From contig ONTV01000003.1 in the NCBI GenBank assembly GCA_900320855.1, positions 1 to 41,374 of the forward strand: 41,374 nucleotides of DNA, written 5' to 3'. This DNA comes from an uncultured Lentisphaerota bacterium. Its GTDB lineage: Bacteria; Verrucomicrobiota; Kiritimatiellia; RFP12; UBA1067. The notes beneath the pieces are model-generated. The model made no database searches. It was given only the letters and a program-made list of their open reading frames with translations, and was not told where the DNA came from. A program made the position numbers and the translations under genes. Below are positions 31,941-41,374 of this stretch, piece after piece (within the stretch, counting starts at the first letter, position 1; the number at the start of each line of letters is the position of its first letter).

Positions 31941-33025
31941 TGGGACGCGCGGCGATTCTCCTGGGCGTGGCCCTCGGTTTGGCGGCCGTGGGCGCGCGGG
32001 CGGCGGTTCCCGACGACGTGCGGATGAAGGGCCCGTTCCTCATTGCCTCGACGCCCTACCTCGCGGACGGCGCGGTCGATTTCGACGCGCTGGTCACGGA
32101 GGCGCGGTACCTGGACGCGGCGGGTTGCACGGGCGTCATCTGGCCGCAGTCGAACGATTCCATCGACCTGCTGACGCCGGCTGAGAAGCGCGAGGGCCTG
32201 CGGCGGCTCGTCACCGCCGCCGCGTCGTTCACGAACGCCGTGCTGACGATGGGCGTGAGCGGCACGAACACGGCGGAGACGCTGGCGTTCGCCGCCTTCG
32301 CGGAAGAGCTGGCGGCGCAGAGCCCGGCGCCGGTCGCGCTCGCGGCGCGTCCGCCGACGGATGCGCGCACGGCGGCGGAGGTCGAGGCGTGCTTCGAGGC
32401 GCTGGGCCGCGTCGCGAAGCGTCCCGTCATCATCCAGACCTTCGTCTCGGATGACTGTCCGGCGCCGTCCGTCGCGTTCCTCGTCGATCTCGCGCGGCGC
32501 TTCCCCGGCGTCTACGGCTACATCAAGGAGGAGAGCGAGGGCGCGCGCGCGAACGCGCGGCAGGCGGAGGAGATCGCGGCGAAGCCGGTCGTGAAGACGG
32601 TCTTCAGCGCTTGGGGCGGCTGGCAGTGGCTCTACCAGCGTCGCGCCCTCGGCACGGAGGGGCTGGTCTCGGAGCGTCCCGCCTACGCGCCGCTCGTCGC
32701 GCACATCTGGCGGACGATGCAGGCGGGCGACCCGGACGGGCGCCTGCAGGAGGCGTACGCGATGTACCGCTATCTGATCGACCAGCGGGCGATTCCCGGC
32801 GGCAGCCTGCGCGGCTACTCGCTCCACTACCTCAAGAAGCTCGGCCTGTTCCGGACGACGCTGTCGCGCACCTACCTTTCCTCGCGCGTCACGGAATCGG
32901 GCACGTTCGGCGTCGGGCACGACTGGAAGCTCGTGGACCTTGAGCTGACCGACGCGCAGCGGGCGGAGCTGGACGCCAACTTCGAGGGCATGCGGCGGTT
33001 CCTCGCGCGGGAGGCGGCGCGATGA
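31940..33025 (+). CDS. DapA/NAL-family (dihydrodipicolinate synthase-like) aldolase
   Basis: 'GPFLIASTPYLADGAVDFDALVTEARYLDAAGCTGVIWPQSNDSIDLLTPAEKREGL'. The ATG at 31940 overlaps the SDR stop (GTGATG). An alternative internal start at 32024 (MKGPFLIASTPY) would remove the hydrophobic N-terminus. Confidence 0.7.
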   Translation: MGRAAILLGVALGLAAVGARAAVPDDVRMKGPFLIASTPYLADGAVDFDALVTEARYLDAAGCTGVIWPQSNDSIDLLTPAEKREGLRRLVTAAASFTNAVLTMGVSGTNTAETLAFAAFAEELAAQSPAPVALAARPPTDARTAAEVEACFEALGRVAKRPVIIQTFVSDDCPAPSVAFLVDLARRFPGVYGYIKEESEGARANARQAEEIAAKPVVKTVFSAWGGWQWLYQRRALGTEGLVSERPAYAPLVAHIWRTMQAGDPDGRLQEAYAMYRYLIDQRAIPGGSLRGYSLHYLKKLGLFRTTLSRTYLSSRVTESGTFGVGHDWKLVDLELTDAQRAELDANFEGMRRFLAREAAR

Positions 33026-34263
33026 AGGCGCGGCTCGACTACAGGTGGGGGCTGCTCGCGCTCCTCTCGGCGACCTACTTCCTCGCGCAGGGGACGCGGC
33101 AGATCTACAACGCCGTCCTGCCTCAGATCAAGGCCGACTTCGCCGCGTCGGGGCTGGACGACCTTCAGCTGGGGCTCGTCGGCAGCGCGTTCACGCTCGT
33201 CTTCGGGCTGGTCATCCCGTTCGCCGGCACGCTGGCGGACTTCCTGCGCCGCAAGTGGATCGTCGTCGCCGGTACGCTGCTCTTCTCCGTCGGCATCTTC
33301 ACGTCGGGCTTCGCGTCCGGCCTCGGCCTCCTCATCGTGTCGTACGGCGTCCTCAACGCGGCGGGGCAGTCGATGCTGCCGCCGTCGATCTCGTCCCTGA
33401 TCGGACAGTTCCACGTCGAGACGCGGGCGACGGCGTTCTCGATCTACCAGACGGTCTTCTACGTGGGGATCGTCGTGTGCAGCGCCGTGTCGGGCTGGCT
33501 GTCGGGCCTGGGGTCGGGCGGCTGGCGGTGGGCGTTCGGCCTCTTCGGCGCGGTCGGGATCCTCTGGGCCTTCGCGCTCGCGTTCCTCCTGCGGGACACG
33601 CCCCAGCCCGTCGCGGCGGCGGACAAGCCGTCCGTGCGCGAGGCCGTCGGCGCGTTCTTCGGCCGTCCGACGGCGATCCTGCTGACGGTCGGGCTGGGCT
33701 TCTACATTTACGCGACCTACGGGTTCAGGACGTGGTGTCCGGCGTTTCTCCTGCGCACCTTCCCCGGCATGACGCCGTCGGGCGCGGCGTTCCACGCCGT
33801 GTTCTGGTTCTACTGCGGGGCGATGGCGGGCGTCCTGCTCGCGGGGCGGCTCTCGGACTGCCTGATGCCGCGCCGGTCGGGCGTCCGGATGGAGATGAAC
33901 GTCGCGGGGCTTCTGCTGATGGTCCCGTTCATCCTGCTGACGGCCTTTGCGCCGGGCGGCGTCGTCGCGTGCGCGGCGATCTTCGGCTTCGGGTTCGCGA
34001 CGGGCGTCTACGACTCGAACCTCTATGCGTCGCTGCTGGACGTCGTGAGTCCGCGCTACCGTGCGGCGGCCGTCGGCATCTTCGGCTGCGGCGGCAATGT
34101 CCTCGGCGCGCTCGGGCCGGGGCTGATCGGCTGGCTGAACGGGCGCCTCGGCATGCGGGCGTCGCTCGCCTCGCTGGCCGCCTTCGCGCTCGGGGGCGCG
34201 GCCGTCATCCTCGTCGCGCGGTTCGCCTGGGGATGCGGCCGGCGCGCGAAGGCCGATGCGTGA
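33022..34263 (+). CDS. MFS transporter
   Basis: 12-TM-like hydrophobic pattern. 'GTLADFLRRKWIV' is a loop 2-3 motif. ATGA overlap with the upstream gene. Confidence 0.8.
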   Translation: MKARLDYRWGLLALLSATYFLAQGTRQIYNAVLPQIKADFAASGLDDLQLGLVGSAFTLVFGLVIPFAGTLADFLRRKWIVVAGTLLFSVGIFTSGFASGLGLLIVSYGVLNAAGQSMLPPSISSLIGQFHVETRATAFSIYQTVFYVGIVVCSAVSGWLSGLGSGGWRWAFGLFGAVGILWAFALAFLLRDTPQPVAAADKPSVREAVGAFFGRPTAILLTVGLGFYIYATYGFRTWCPAFLLRTFPGMTPSGAAFHAVFWFYCGAMAGVLLAGRLSDCLMPRRSGVRMEMNVAGLLLMVPFILLTAFAPGGVVACAAIFGFGFATGVYDSNLYASLLDVVSPRYRAAAVGIFGCGGNVLGALGPGLIGWLNGRLGMRASLASLAAFALGGAAVILVARFAWGCGRRAKADA

Positions 34264-34363
34264 CGGGGGTAAGGCAAAGAGGTTTGCCTTCAAGCCGTTG
34301 AGGCCAGATTGGACGGGCGCGGGGCTTGCGCCCGGGCCCAGTCTCCACCTCCACCTTCAATTT

Positions 34364-34372
34364 TGGTATACT
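34364..34372 (+). promoter_or_regulatory. Extended -10 (TGGTATACT), 7 nt before the ATG at 34380
   Basis: Read directly from the sequence. Confidence 0.5.
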
Positions 34373-34379
34373 CCCGCGC

Positions 34380-36290
34380 ATGAAACGAAACGTTGTTTTG
34401 GTGGCCGTTCTCTTGGGGGCGGCAGGGGGTGGCGCAGGGACGTTGCGCGACGGCGCACTGCAGGTTCTCCCGCTTGGGAGCATTCGTCCCGAAGGGGCGC
34501 TGCGCGCGCGCCTCGAACGTCAGGCCGAGGGTCTGACGGGACATGCCGAGGAGCTCTACCGCGACATCGGCCAGAGCGATTGGCTGACGAACGCCGGCGT
34601 CGGCGGCGAATTCGCCTGGGAGCGCGGCCCGTACTATACGCGTGGCCTCGTCGCCCTGGCCCTGACGCTCGGTGACGCGAAGCTGACGGCGCGGGCGCGC
34701 ACGTGGGTGGACGCGGCCCTCGCGTCGCAGCGCGCGAACGGCGACTTCGGGCCGCGCACGAACAACTGGTGGGCGAACATGCTGCCGCTCGCCTACTTGC
34801 GCGACTGGGCGGACGCGACGGGCGACGCGCGCGTCGTGCCGTTCGTCGAACGCTACTTTGCCTATCAGGAGAAGGCGTTCGATGCGCAGCCGCTCGAAGG
34901 CGAAAGCTGCTGGGCCTGCGCGCGCGGCGGCGACGAGACGGCGGTCGCGCTCTGGCTCTACGGAAAGACGGGCGCGCCCCGCTGGCTGGCCTTTGCGAAG
35001 CGTCTCGCGGCGATGACGGCTGACTGGACGGGCTACTACCATGTGGGTGGCGACCCCGGCGGGCACGGAACGTATTGCGGCGGCTACCGCAGCCACATCG
35101 TCAACTTCATGCAAGGCCTCAAGGCTCCGGCGCTCGCCTGGCTCTTGGGCGGTGACGCGCGCGACCGCCACGCCTACGCGGCGGCCTTCGACCCGCAGGG
35201 CTGGGTGATGCGCCAGTGCGGACGCCCCGATGCGATGGTCAACGGCTCGGAGCCGCTCACGGACCGCAGCGCGTCCGGCGGCACGGAACTCTGCGCGATG
35301 GCCGAGCGCATCGTCAGCAGCCTCGACGTGCTGGCGGCCTTTGGCGACGCGGCGGTGGCGGACGACCTGGAGGACGTCGTCTACAATGCGCTTGCGGCGA
35401 CCGTGATGTCGGACATGAAGGGGATTCGCTACTACCTCCTCCTGAACCAGCCGGCCTGCGAAGACAAGAATCTCCTGTTCGCGAACAACGGGGCGGGCAC
35501 GGGCGCAATCTGTCCGGGCCCGCATGCGGGGTTCGGCTGCTGCCGCTCCAACTGGCATGTCGCGTGGCCGAAGTTCGTGCAGGCGATGTGGATGCGCCGG
35601 GAGGACGGCCTCGCGCTCGTCGCCCACGGGCCGTCGTCGGTCGTGACGCGCCTCGCGTGCGGCGACGTCACGCTGCGCGCGGAGACGGACTATCCGCGTT
35701 CGGGCCGCGTCACGGTTCGCGTCGTGTCGGGCGGCGGCCGGTTTCCGCTCTTCGTGCGCGTGCCGCGCTGGGCGCGTCTGTCGGACGCGGGGACGTTCCG
35801 TCGCTACGACCGCGACTGGAAGGCGGGGGACGCCGTCACGCTCGACTTCCCGATGGACATCGCGCTCGTGCGCGGGGCGAACGACGCGGTGGCCGTCCGT
35901 CGCGGGCCGCTCCTGTATGGGCTGCGAATCGCGGAGGACAGGAAGAAGATCGTGCGGCACAAGATTCCGTATTCGAAGGAGTGGTCGGAGAACGCCGACT
36001 TCCCGAAGTGGGAGATCCGTCCGGCGTCGCCGTGGAACTACGCGCTCGTCATGAAGGACGGGCATCTCGCGGGGGCGGACGTCCGGGATGGCGGTCGGGA
36101 GATTCGCGTCCGCGCCGTCCGCACGGAATTCGCGGGCTGGGGATACATGCGCGCCGACGCGCCGGGGCGGGCGATCGATCCGCCGGCGAGTCCCGTTGAC
36201 CGGCGCGTCTGCACGGCGGAGGAGACCGTCTCGCTCGTGCCGCTCGGCGACGCCCAGCTGCGCATCACCTTGTTCCCGTGGGTGGAGTGA
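34380..36290 (+). CDS. Secreted DUF1680 / GH127-like (beta-L-arabinofuranosidase family) protein
   Basis: Signal peptide 'MKRNVVLVAVLLGAAGG'. 'GGTELCAMAE' and 'GFGCCRSNWH' resemble the GH127 E..C and CC..N zinc/catalytic motifs. Confidence 0.6.
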   Translation: MKRNVVLVAVLLGAAGGGAGTLRDGALQVLPLGSIRPEGALRARLERQAEGLTGHAEELYRDIGQSDWLTNAGVGGEFAWERGPYYTRGLVALALTLGDAKLTARARTWVDAALASQRANGDFGPRTNNWWANMLPLAYLRDWADATGDARVVPFVERYFAYQEKAFDAQPLEGESCWACARGGDETAVALWLYGKTGAPRWLAFAKRLAAMTADWTGYYHVGGDPGGHGTYCGGYRSHIVNFMQGLKAPALAWLLGGDARDRHAYAAAFDPQGWVMRQCGRPDAMVNGSEPLTDRSASGGTELCAMAERIVSSLDVLAAFGDAAVADDLEDVVYNALAATVMSDMKGIRYYLLLNQPACEDKNLLFANNGAGTGAICPGPHAGFGCCRSNWHVAWPKFVQAMWMRREDGLALVAHGPSSVVTRLACGDVTLRAETDYPRSGRVTVRVVSGGGRFPLFVRVPRWARLSDAGTFRRYDRDWKAGDAVTLDFPMDIALVRGANDAVAVRRGPLLYGLRIAEDRKKIVRHKIPYSKEWSENADFPKWEIRPASPWNYALVMKDGHLAGADVRDGGREIRVRAVRTEFAGWGYMRADAPGRAIDPPASPVDRRVCTAEETVSLVPLGDAQLRITLFPWVE

Positions 36291-36321
36291 GCGGATTTCG
36301 GCGGATTTTTGCGTCCGTCCG

Positions 36322-36340
36322 TTTGCCGACAGTCGGCAAA
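36322..36340. terminator. Perfect hairpin TTTGCCGAC-A-GTCGGCAAA between the GH127-like gene and argG
   Basis: 9-bp arms flanked by T and A runs. It could act as a bidirectional terminator or as an operator, because it sits in the -35 position of the argG promoter. Confidence 0.35.
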
Positions 36341-36342
36341 AG

Positions 36343-36351
36343 TGCTATACT
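36343..36351 (+). promoter_or_regulatory. Extended -10 (TGCTATACT) for argG; 35-nt leader with SD GGGAG
   Basis: Read directly from the sequence. Confidence 0.5.
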
Positions 36352-36386
36352 ATGCGTTCAATTTTGACCAATAGGGAGAAATAGAC

Positions 36387-37619
36387 ATGAAACTCGAAGA
36401 CCTCAAGGGCAAGACCGTTGGCGTGTGCGTCTCGGGCGGCCTCGACTCGAAGACCATCTGCTGCGTCCTGAAGGACGCGGGCGTGAAGGTGAAGGCGTTC
36501 TCGGCGAACGTCGGCCAGCCGGACGAGAAGGACATCAACGACATCAAGAAGAAGATGGCCCCCACAGGCGTCGAGACGACGATCGTCGACGTCACGAAGG
36601 AGATGGCCGACATCTGCTTCGAGACGGTGAAGTGCCAGGCGATGTACGACGGCGGCTACTGGAACTCGACGGGCATCGCCCGCGCGGTGACGGTCCAGAA
36701 GCTCCTCCCGGCGATGAAGAAGGCCGGCTGCACGGTGCTCGTCCACGGCGCGACGGGGCGCGGCAACGACCAGATGCGCTTCGAGCGCTACACGAACGTG
36801 ATGGACCCGAAGTTCGGCGTCTACGCCCCCTGGCGCGACTCCGACCTGCTGAAGAAGTTTCCGGGCCGCACGGAGATGGTCGCCTTCCTCGCGAAGCGCG
36901 GCATCACGGCGTTCGTCGGCACGAAGAAGAAGTACTCGACCGACGCGAACCTCGCGGGCCTCTCGCACGAGGCGGAGGACCTCGAGTCGATGGAGACGTC
37001 GATGCGCATCGTGAAGCCCACGATGGGCGTGTGGCCCGAGAAGGCGCCGAACAAGGTCGAGAAGGTCACGCTCAAGTTCGAGAAGGGCCGCTGCGTCGCG
37101 GTGAACGGCAAGAAGATGACGCCGTACGAGACCATGCTCGAGCTGAACAAGGTCGGCGGCCGCAACGGCATCGGCATGAAGCACGCGCTCGAGAATCGCA
37201 TCATCGGCACGAAGAGCCGGGGTGTCTACGAGGCGCCGGGCATGGAGGTGCTGAGCTGGGGCCTCAAGTACATCTACGAGGGCCTCATGGACCGTCGCTC
37301 GACGCTCCTCTTCCAGCAGCTCTCGAAGTTCGTCGCCGACCAGATCTACGACGGCCGCTGGTTCGACCCCGCGACCCAGGCGGCGCGCGCGGCGATCCAG
37401 GTCTGGGCCGAGAAGGCGACGGCCGAGGTCACGCTCGGGCTCTACAAGGGCAACATCTTCTTCGAGAGCCTCAAGGGTCTCAAGGCCACGATCTACAACG
37501 AGGCCGACAGTTCGATGGAAGCGTCGAACGGCCTGAATCCGCACAGCTCGCAGGGCTTCGCCGAGATCCAGTCCGTCGAGGCGAAGATGCTCGCGAAGGC
37601 CGGGCAGATTAAGGCGTAA
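36387..37619 (+). CDS. argG: Argininosuccinate synthase
   Basis: 'VGVCVSGGLDS' PP-loop, 'HGATGRGNDQMRFE' and 'ENRIIGTKSRGVYEAPG'. Confidence 0.95.
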   Translation: MKLEDLKGKTVGVCVSGGLDSKTICCVLKDAGVKVKAFSANVGQPDEKDINDIKKKMAPTGVETTIVDVTKEMADICFETVKCQAMYDGGYWNSTGIARAVTVQKLLPAMKKAGCTVLVHGATGRGNDQMRFERYTNVMDPKFGVYAPWRDSDLLKKFPGRTEMVAFLAKRGITAFVGTKKKYSTDANLAGLSHEAEDLESMETSMRIVKPTMGVWPEKAPNKVEKVTLKFEKGRCVAVNGKKMTPYETMLELNKVGGRNGIGMKHALENRIIGTKSRGVYEAPGMEVLSWGLKYIYEGLMDRRSTLLFQQLSKFVADQIYDGRWFDPATQAARAAIQVWAEKATAEVTLGLYKGNIFFESLKGLKATIYNEADSSMEASNGLNPHSSQGFAEIQSVEAKMLAKAGQIKA

Positions 37620-37629
37620 GCGCGTGGCC

Positions 37630-38277
37630 ATGAGCGAAGAGAAGAAAGAAGACGCGGTCGAGACGGCGGCAGAGGAAGCCGCCGCCTCGGCCGAGGCCAC
37701 GTCCGAGTCCCCTGAGGCGGCGGCCAACGCTCAAACGCCTGACGCCCAAACTCCTGACGATGAGGCCTCGTCCCAGACGTCCCGTCCGTCCCAGAAGTCC
37801 CAATCGGCGTCTGCTGAGCCCCCAAACGCCCAAACGCCAGAACCCGACTGGAAGACGCTCTACGCCCTGACGCTTGCCGACTTCGACAACTACAAGAAGC
37901 GGGCGGCGCGCGACCGCGAGGACACGTACCGCTACGCCGAGGCCGACATCCTGAAGGACGTGTTGCCGGCGGTGGACAACCTGCAGCTGGCGCTCGCGAA
38001 CGCGAAGGAGAAGGCCGACGACCCGTTCGTGAAAGGCGTCCAGCTCGTTCATGACACGTTGCTGAAGTCGCTCAAGGACCACGGCGCCGAGCCGTTCGAT
38101 TCCGTCGGGCTTGACCTCGACACCGAGCGGATGGAGGCGATCGCGACGCTGCCGCACGCGGAGATCCCCGAGGGCAAGGTCTCGATCGAGTCGAAGAAAG
38201 GCTGGATGCTGAAGGACAAGGTGCTGCGCGCGGCGCAGGTCGTCGTTTCGTCCGGCCAGCCGGACGGCGCAAAGTAA
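37630..38277 (+). CDS. grpE: Nucleotide exchange factor GrpE
   Basis: 'LADFDNYKKRAARDREDTYRYAEADILKDVLPAVDNLQLAL'. Low-complexity N-terminus (AQTPDAQTPD). An alternative GTG start lies at 37624. Confidence 0.9.
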   Translation: MSEEKKEDAVETAAEEAAASAEATSESPEAAANAQTPDAQTPDDEASSQTSRPSQKSQSASAEPPNAQTPEPDWKTLYALTLADFDNYKKRAARDREDTYRYAEADILKDVLPAVDNLQLALANAKEKADDPFVKGVQLVHDTLLKSLKDHGAEPFDSVGLDLDTERMEAIATLPHAEIPEGKVSIESKKGWMLKDKVLRAAQVVVSSGQPDGAK

Positions 38278-39612
<1,335 letters not shown>

Positions 39613-39619
39613 GTCCGAC

Positions 39620-40948
39620 ATGAAGCCCAGAGGCCTTGCGCTCGTCCCGTTCCTCGTCTTTGCCGCGTTCTACGTGGGCCTTTCCCTCTGGGCCGGGCAG
39701 CTCGGTTTCGAGATGCCGTGGTACAAGGTCTCGATGCCGGTCGCCTTCCTCGTCGCGTCGGCCGTCTCGCTCCTGATCGGCCGGGCGTCGCTCGACGAGA
39801 AGGTCGAGACGTACGCGCGCGGGATGGGCGAGCCGAACATCATGATCATGTGCCTCATCTTCATCCTCGCCGGGGCGTTCGCGACGATCGCGAAGGGTTC
39901 CGGCGCGGTGGATGCGGCCGTGACGATCGCGCAGTCGCTCGTGCCGGCGCGCCTCATGGTCGCGGGCGTCTTCCTCGTCTCGTGCCTCATCGCGCTCGCG
40001 ATCGGGACGTCGTGCGGCACGATCGCGGCCGTCACGCCGATTGCGCTCGGCTTCGCCGCGCCGCTGGGGCTCAGCCCCGCGCTGCTCATGGGCGCCGTGA
40101 TCGGCGGCTCGATGTTCGGCGACAACCTCTCGATGATTTCCGACACGACGATTGCCGCGTCGCGGACGCAGGGCGTGCGCATGAAGGACAAGTTCCTCGC
40201 GAACGGCCTCATCGCCGCGCCGGCTGCGCTCGTTGCGCTCTTCCTCTACGCGGTCTCCGGCTTTTCGGCGGGGACGGTCGCCGCGCCGGCCGTGACGTGG
40301 CAGCACCTCGTCCTCATCCTGCCGTACGTCTTCGTCCTCGCGCTGGCGCTTGCCGGATTCAACGTGATGATGCTCCTCTTCTCGGGCACGGTGCTGTCGG
40401 CCGCAATCGGCGGCTGCCTCGGCAAGTTCGCGTTCTTCGACGCGATGGACCTGCTCGGCAAGGGGACGCTCGGCATGGGCGAGACGCTGATCGTCGCGCT
40501 GCTCGCGGGCGGGCTCTTCAAGTCCGTCCAGGCGAACGGCGGCGTTCTCTGGCTGACGGAGAGAATCGCGAAGGTGATTCGCGGGCCGCGCACGTGCGAG
40601 CTGGGCGTCTTCGTCCTCGTGTCGGCGGTCAACTGCTTTACGGCGAACAACACGGTCGCGATCGTCATCGCGGGCCCGATCGCGAAGGAGTGCGCGACGA
40701 AGTTCGGGGCGAATCCGGTTCGGATCGCGTCCGTGCTCGACACGGCCTCGTGCGTCGTCCAGGGCCTCATCCCCTACGGCGCGCAGATCCTGATCGCGAT
40801 TGGCGTCGCGCGCGGGCTGGATCTCACGGTCGATTCGTTTTCGCTGGTGAAGTGCCTTTACTATCAGCCGCTGCTCGCGCTCGCGGTCTTCTGTTCGCTG
40901 TGCTTCGCCGGCCGGCGCACGAAGTCCCCGATTCCGGGCGTGGTCTGA
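39620..40948 (+). CDS. nhaC: Na+/H+ antiporter, NhaC family
   Basis: 442-aa polytopic membrane protein. 'GMGEPNIMIMCLIFILAGAFA' and 'FGDNLSMISDTTIAAS' resemble NhaC-family motifs. Confidence 0.7.
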   Translation: MKPRGLALVPFLVFAAFYVGLSLWAGQLGFEMPWYKVSMPVAFLVASAVSLLIGRASLDEKVETYARGMGEPNIMIMCLIFILAGAFATIAKGSGAVDAAVTIAQSLVPARLMVAGVFLVSCLIALAIGTSCGTIAAVTPIALGFAAPLGLSPALLMGAVIGGSMFGDNLSMISDTTIAASRTQGVRMKDKFLANGLIAAPAALVALFLYAVSGFSAGTVAAPAVTWQHLVLILPYVFVLALALAGFNVMMLLFSGTVLSAAIGGCLGKFAFFDAMDLLGKGTLGMGETLIVALLAGGLFKSVQANGGVLWLTERIAKVIRGPRTCELGVFVLVSAVNCFTANNTVAIVIAGPIAKECATKFGANPVRIASVLDTASCVVQGLIPYGAQILIAIGVARGLDLTVDSFSLVKCLYYQPLLALAVFCSLCFAGRRTKSPIPGVV

Positions 40949-40963
40949 CGGCGTTTTCCCGCT

Positions 40964-41045
40964 GCACCTGTGGTGGAATGGCAGACACGGTGGATTTAGG
41001 TTCCACTGCGCAAGCGTGGGGGTTCGAGTCCCTCCAGGTGCACCA
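40964..41045 (+). tRNA. tRNA-Leu (anticodon UAG), CCA encoded
   Basis: Acceptor stem GCACCTG/CAGGTGC. Anticodon arm GTGGA-TTTAGGT-TCCAC. Long variable arm TGCGCAAGCGTG (class II). T arm GGGGG-TTCGAGT-CCCTC. Ends with ACCA. Confidence 0.85.
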
Positions 41046-41078
41046 ACGGACACGAAACGGCGCGGCGCGCCGTTGACG
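41046..41078 (-). repeat. Inverted partial copy of the REP-like unit (hairpin AACGGCGC-GGC-GCGCCGTT) immediately after the tRNA
   Basis: The reverse complement matches GTGAACGGCGC.CCGCGCCGTTTCGTGTCCG of 10374..10404. Confidence 0.7.
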
Positions 41079-41143
41079 AGAGGAGATGGTTGACAACTGC
41101 CCAACTCGCGTTCCCGCCTCATTCGCCTCTCCACGATGGATTT

Positions 41144-41152
41144 TGCTATAAT
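41144..41152 (+). promoter_or_regulatory. Extended -10 (TGCTATAAT), 9 nt before the ATG at 41162
   Basis: Read directly from the sequence. Confidence 0.45.
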
Positions 41153-41161
41153 GTCCGCATC

Positions 41162-41374
41162 ATGAAACCGCTCGCCACCAACATCGCCGACTTCGAGACC
41201 CTGCGCAAGGCAGGGCAGCTCTACGTGGACAAGACCGCGCTGCTGCACCGGCTCGTCACCGACCCGAGTCGCACGTTCTTCTTCTGCGCGCGGCCGAGGC
41301 GCTTCGGCAAGTCGCTGAGCGTGACGACGCTCAAGTCGATCTTCCTCGGCCACCGGGAGTTCTTCGACGGCCTC
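41162..41374 (+). CDS. Predicted AAA-ATPase (PF09820-like, usually fused to a PD-(D/E)XK domain); 5' fragment truncated by the window end
   Basis: 'FETLRKAGQLYVDKTALLHRLVTDPSRTFFFCARPRRFGKSLSVTTLKSIF' matches the family N-terminus (YVDKT...RPRRFGKSL). Confidence 0.7.
   Translation, partial: MKPLATNIADFETLRKAGQLYVDKTALLHRLVTDPSRTFFFCARPRRFGKSLSVTTLKSIFLGHREFFDGL

Noticed and set aside
31940-32023. A signal-peptide-like N-terminus (MGRAAILLGVALGLAAVGARAAVPDD) on the DapA-family aldolase, which would imply secretion.
   Set aside because: An internal ATG at 32024 gives the canonical family N-terminus (MKGPFLIASTPY...). Export of a DapA/NAL-type aldolase would be unusual. The start codon cannot be decided from the sequence alone, so this is recorded as a start-site ambiguity rather than a finding.

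Overview
High-GC bacterial chromosomal window. It looks most like a PVC-superphylum genome (Kiritimatiellota, Lentisphaerota or Verrucomicrobiota), judging from the many 'GFTLVELLVV' prepilin-type proteins. It contains the replication-origin neighbourhood, mnmG-dnaA-dnaN. From left to right: (1) 172-10012, a minus-strand operon of nine prepilin/pseudopilin-like genes (GspG/H/I/J-like plus a 1038-aa GspK-like protein) with no ATPase, platform or secretin. It is interrupted twice by divergent arrays of an 8-bp tandem repeat (CATTCGAY), and one pair brackets a four-helix-bundle (23S rRNA IVS-protein family) gene. (2) 10.0-12.0 kb, a repeat-rich junk zone with REP-like mosaics, a 121-bp repeat pair, a small winged-helix gene cassette and a truncated ATPase. 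(3) Housekeeping genes: UPF0210/ACT pair, luxS, a ROK-like kinase and a metalloenzyme. (4) The origin region: AT-rich islands on both sides of mnmG, then dnaA and dnaN. mnmG carries an in-frame AT-rich insertion of about 145 codons holding six copies of the palindrome TGTTCCACGTGGAACA, a parS (ParB centromere) sequence. This is the most striking feature of the window. (5) A THUMP RNA methyltransferase, a coiled-coil protein, an XRE/zinc-ribbon regulator, TPP riboswitch-thiC, rdgB and an EamA transporter. (6) An AraC/XylR-controlled glycan cluster: GH10, SDR, DapA-like aldolase, MFS and GH127-like genes. (7) argG, grpE, dnaJ, nhaC, tRNA-Leu(UAG) and the start of a PF09820-type ATPase. Promoters follow an extended -10 pattern (TGnTAnnnT), and many sit only 5-9 nt from the start codon, so those mRNAs may be leaderless. 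All calls come from reading the sequence and ORF translations; no database search was run.
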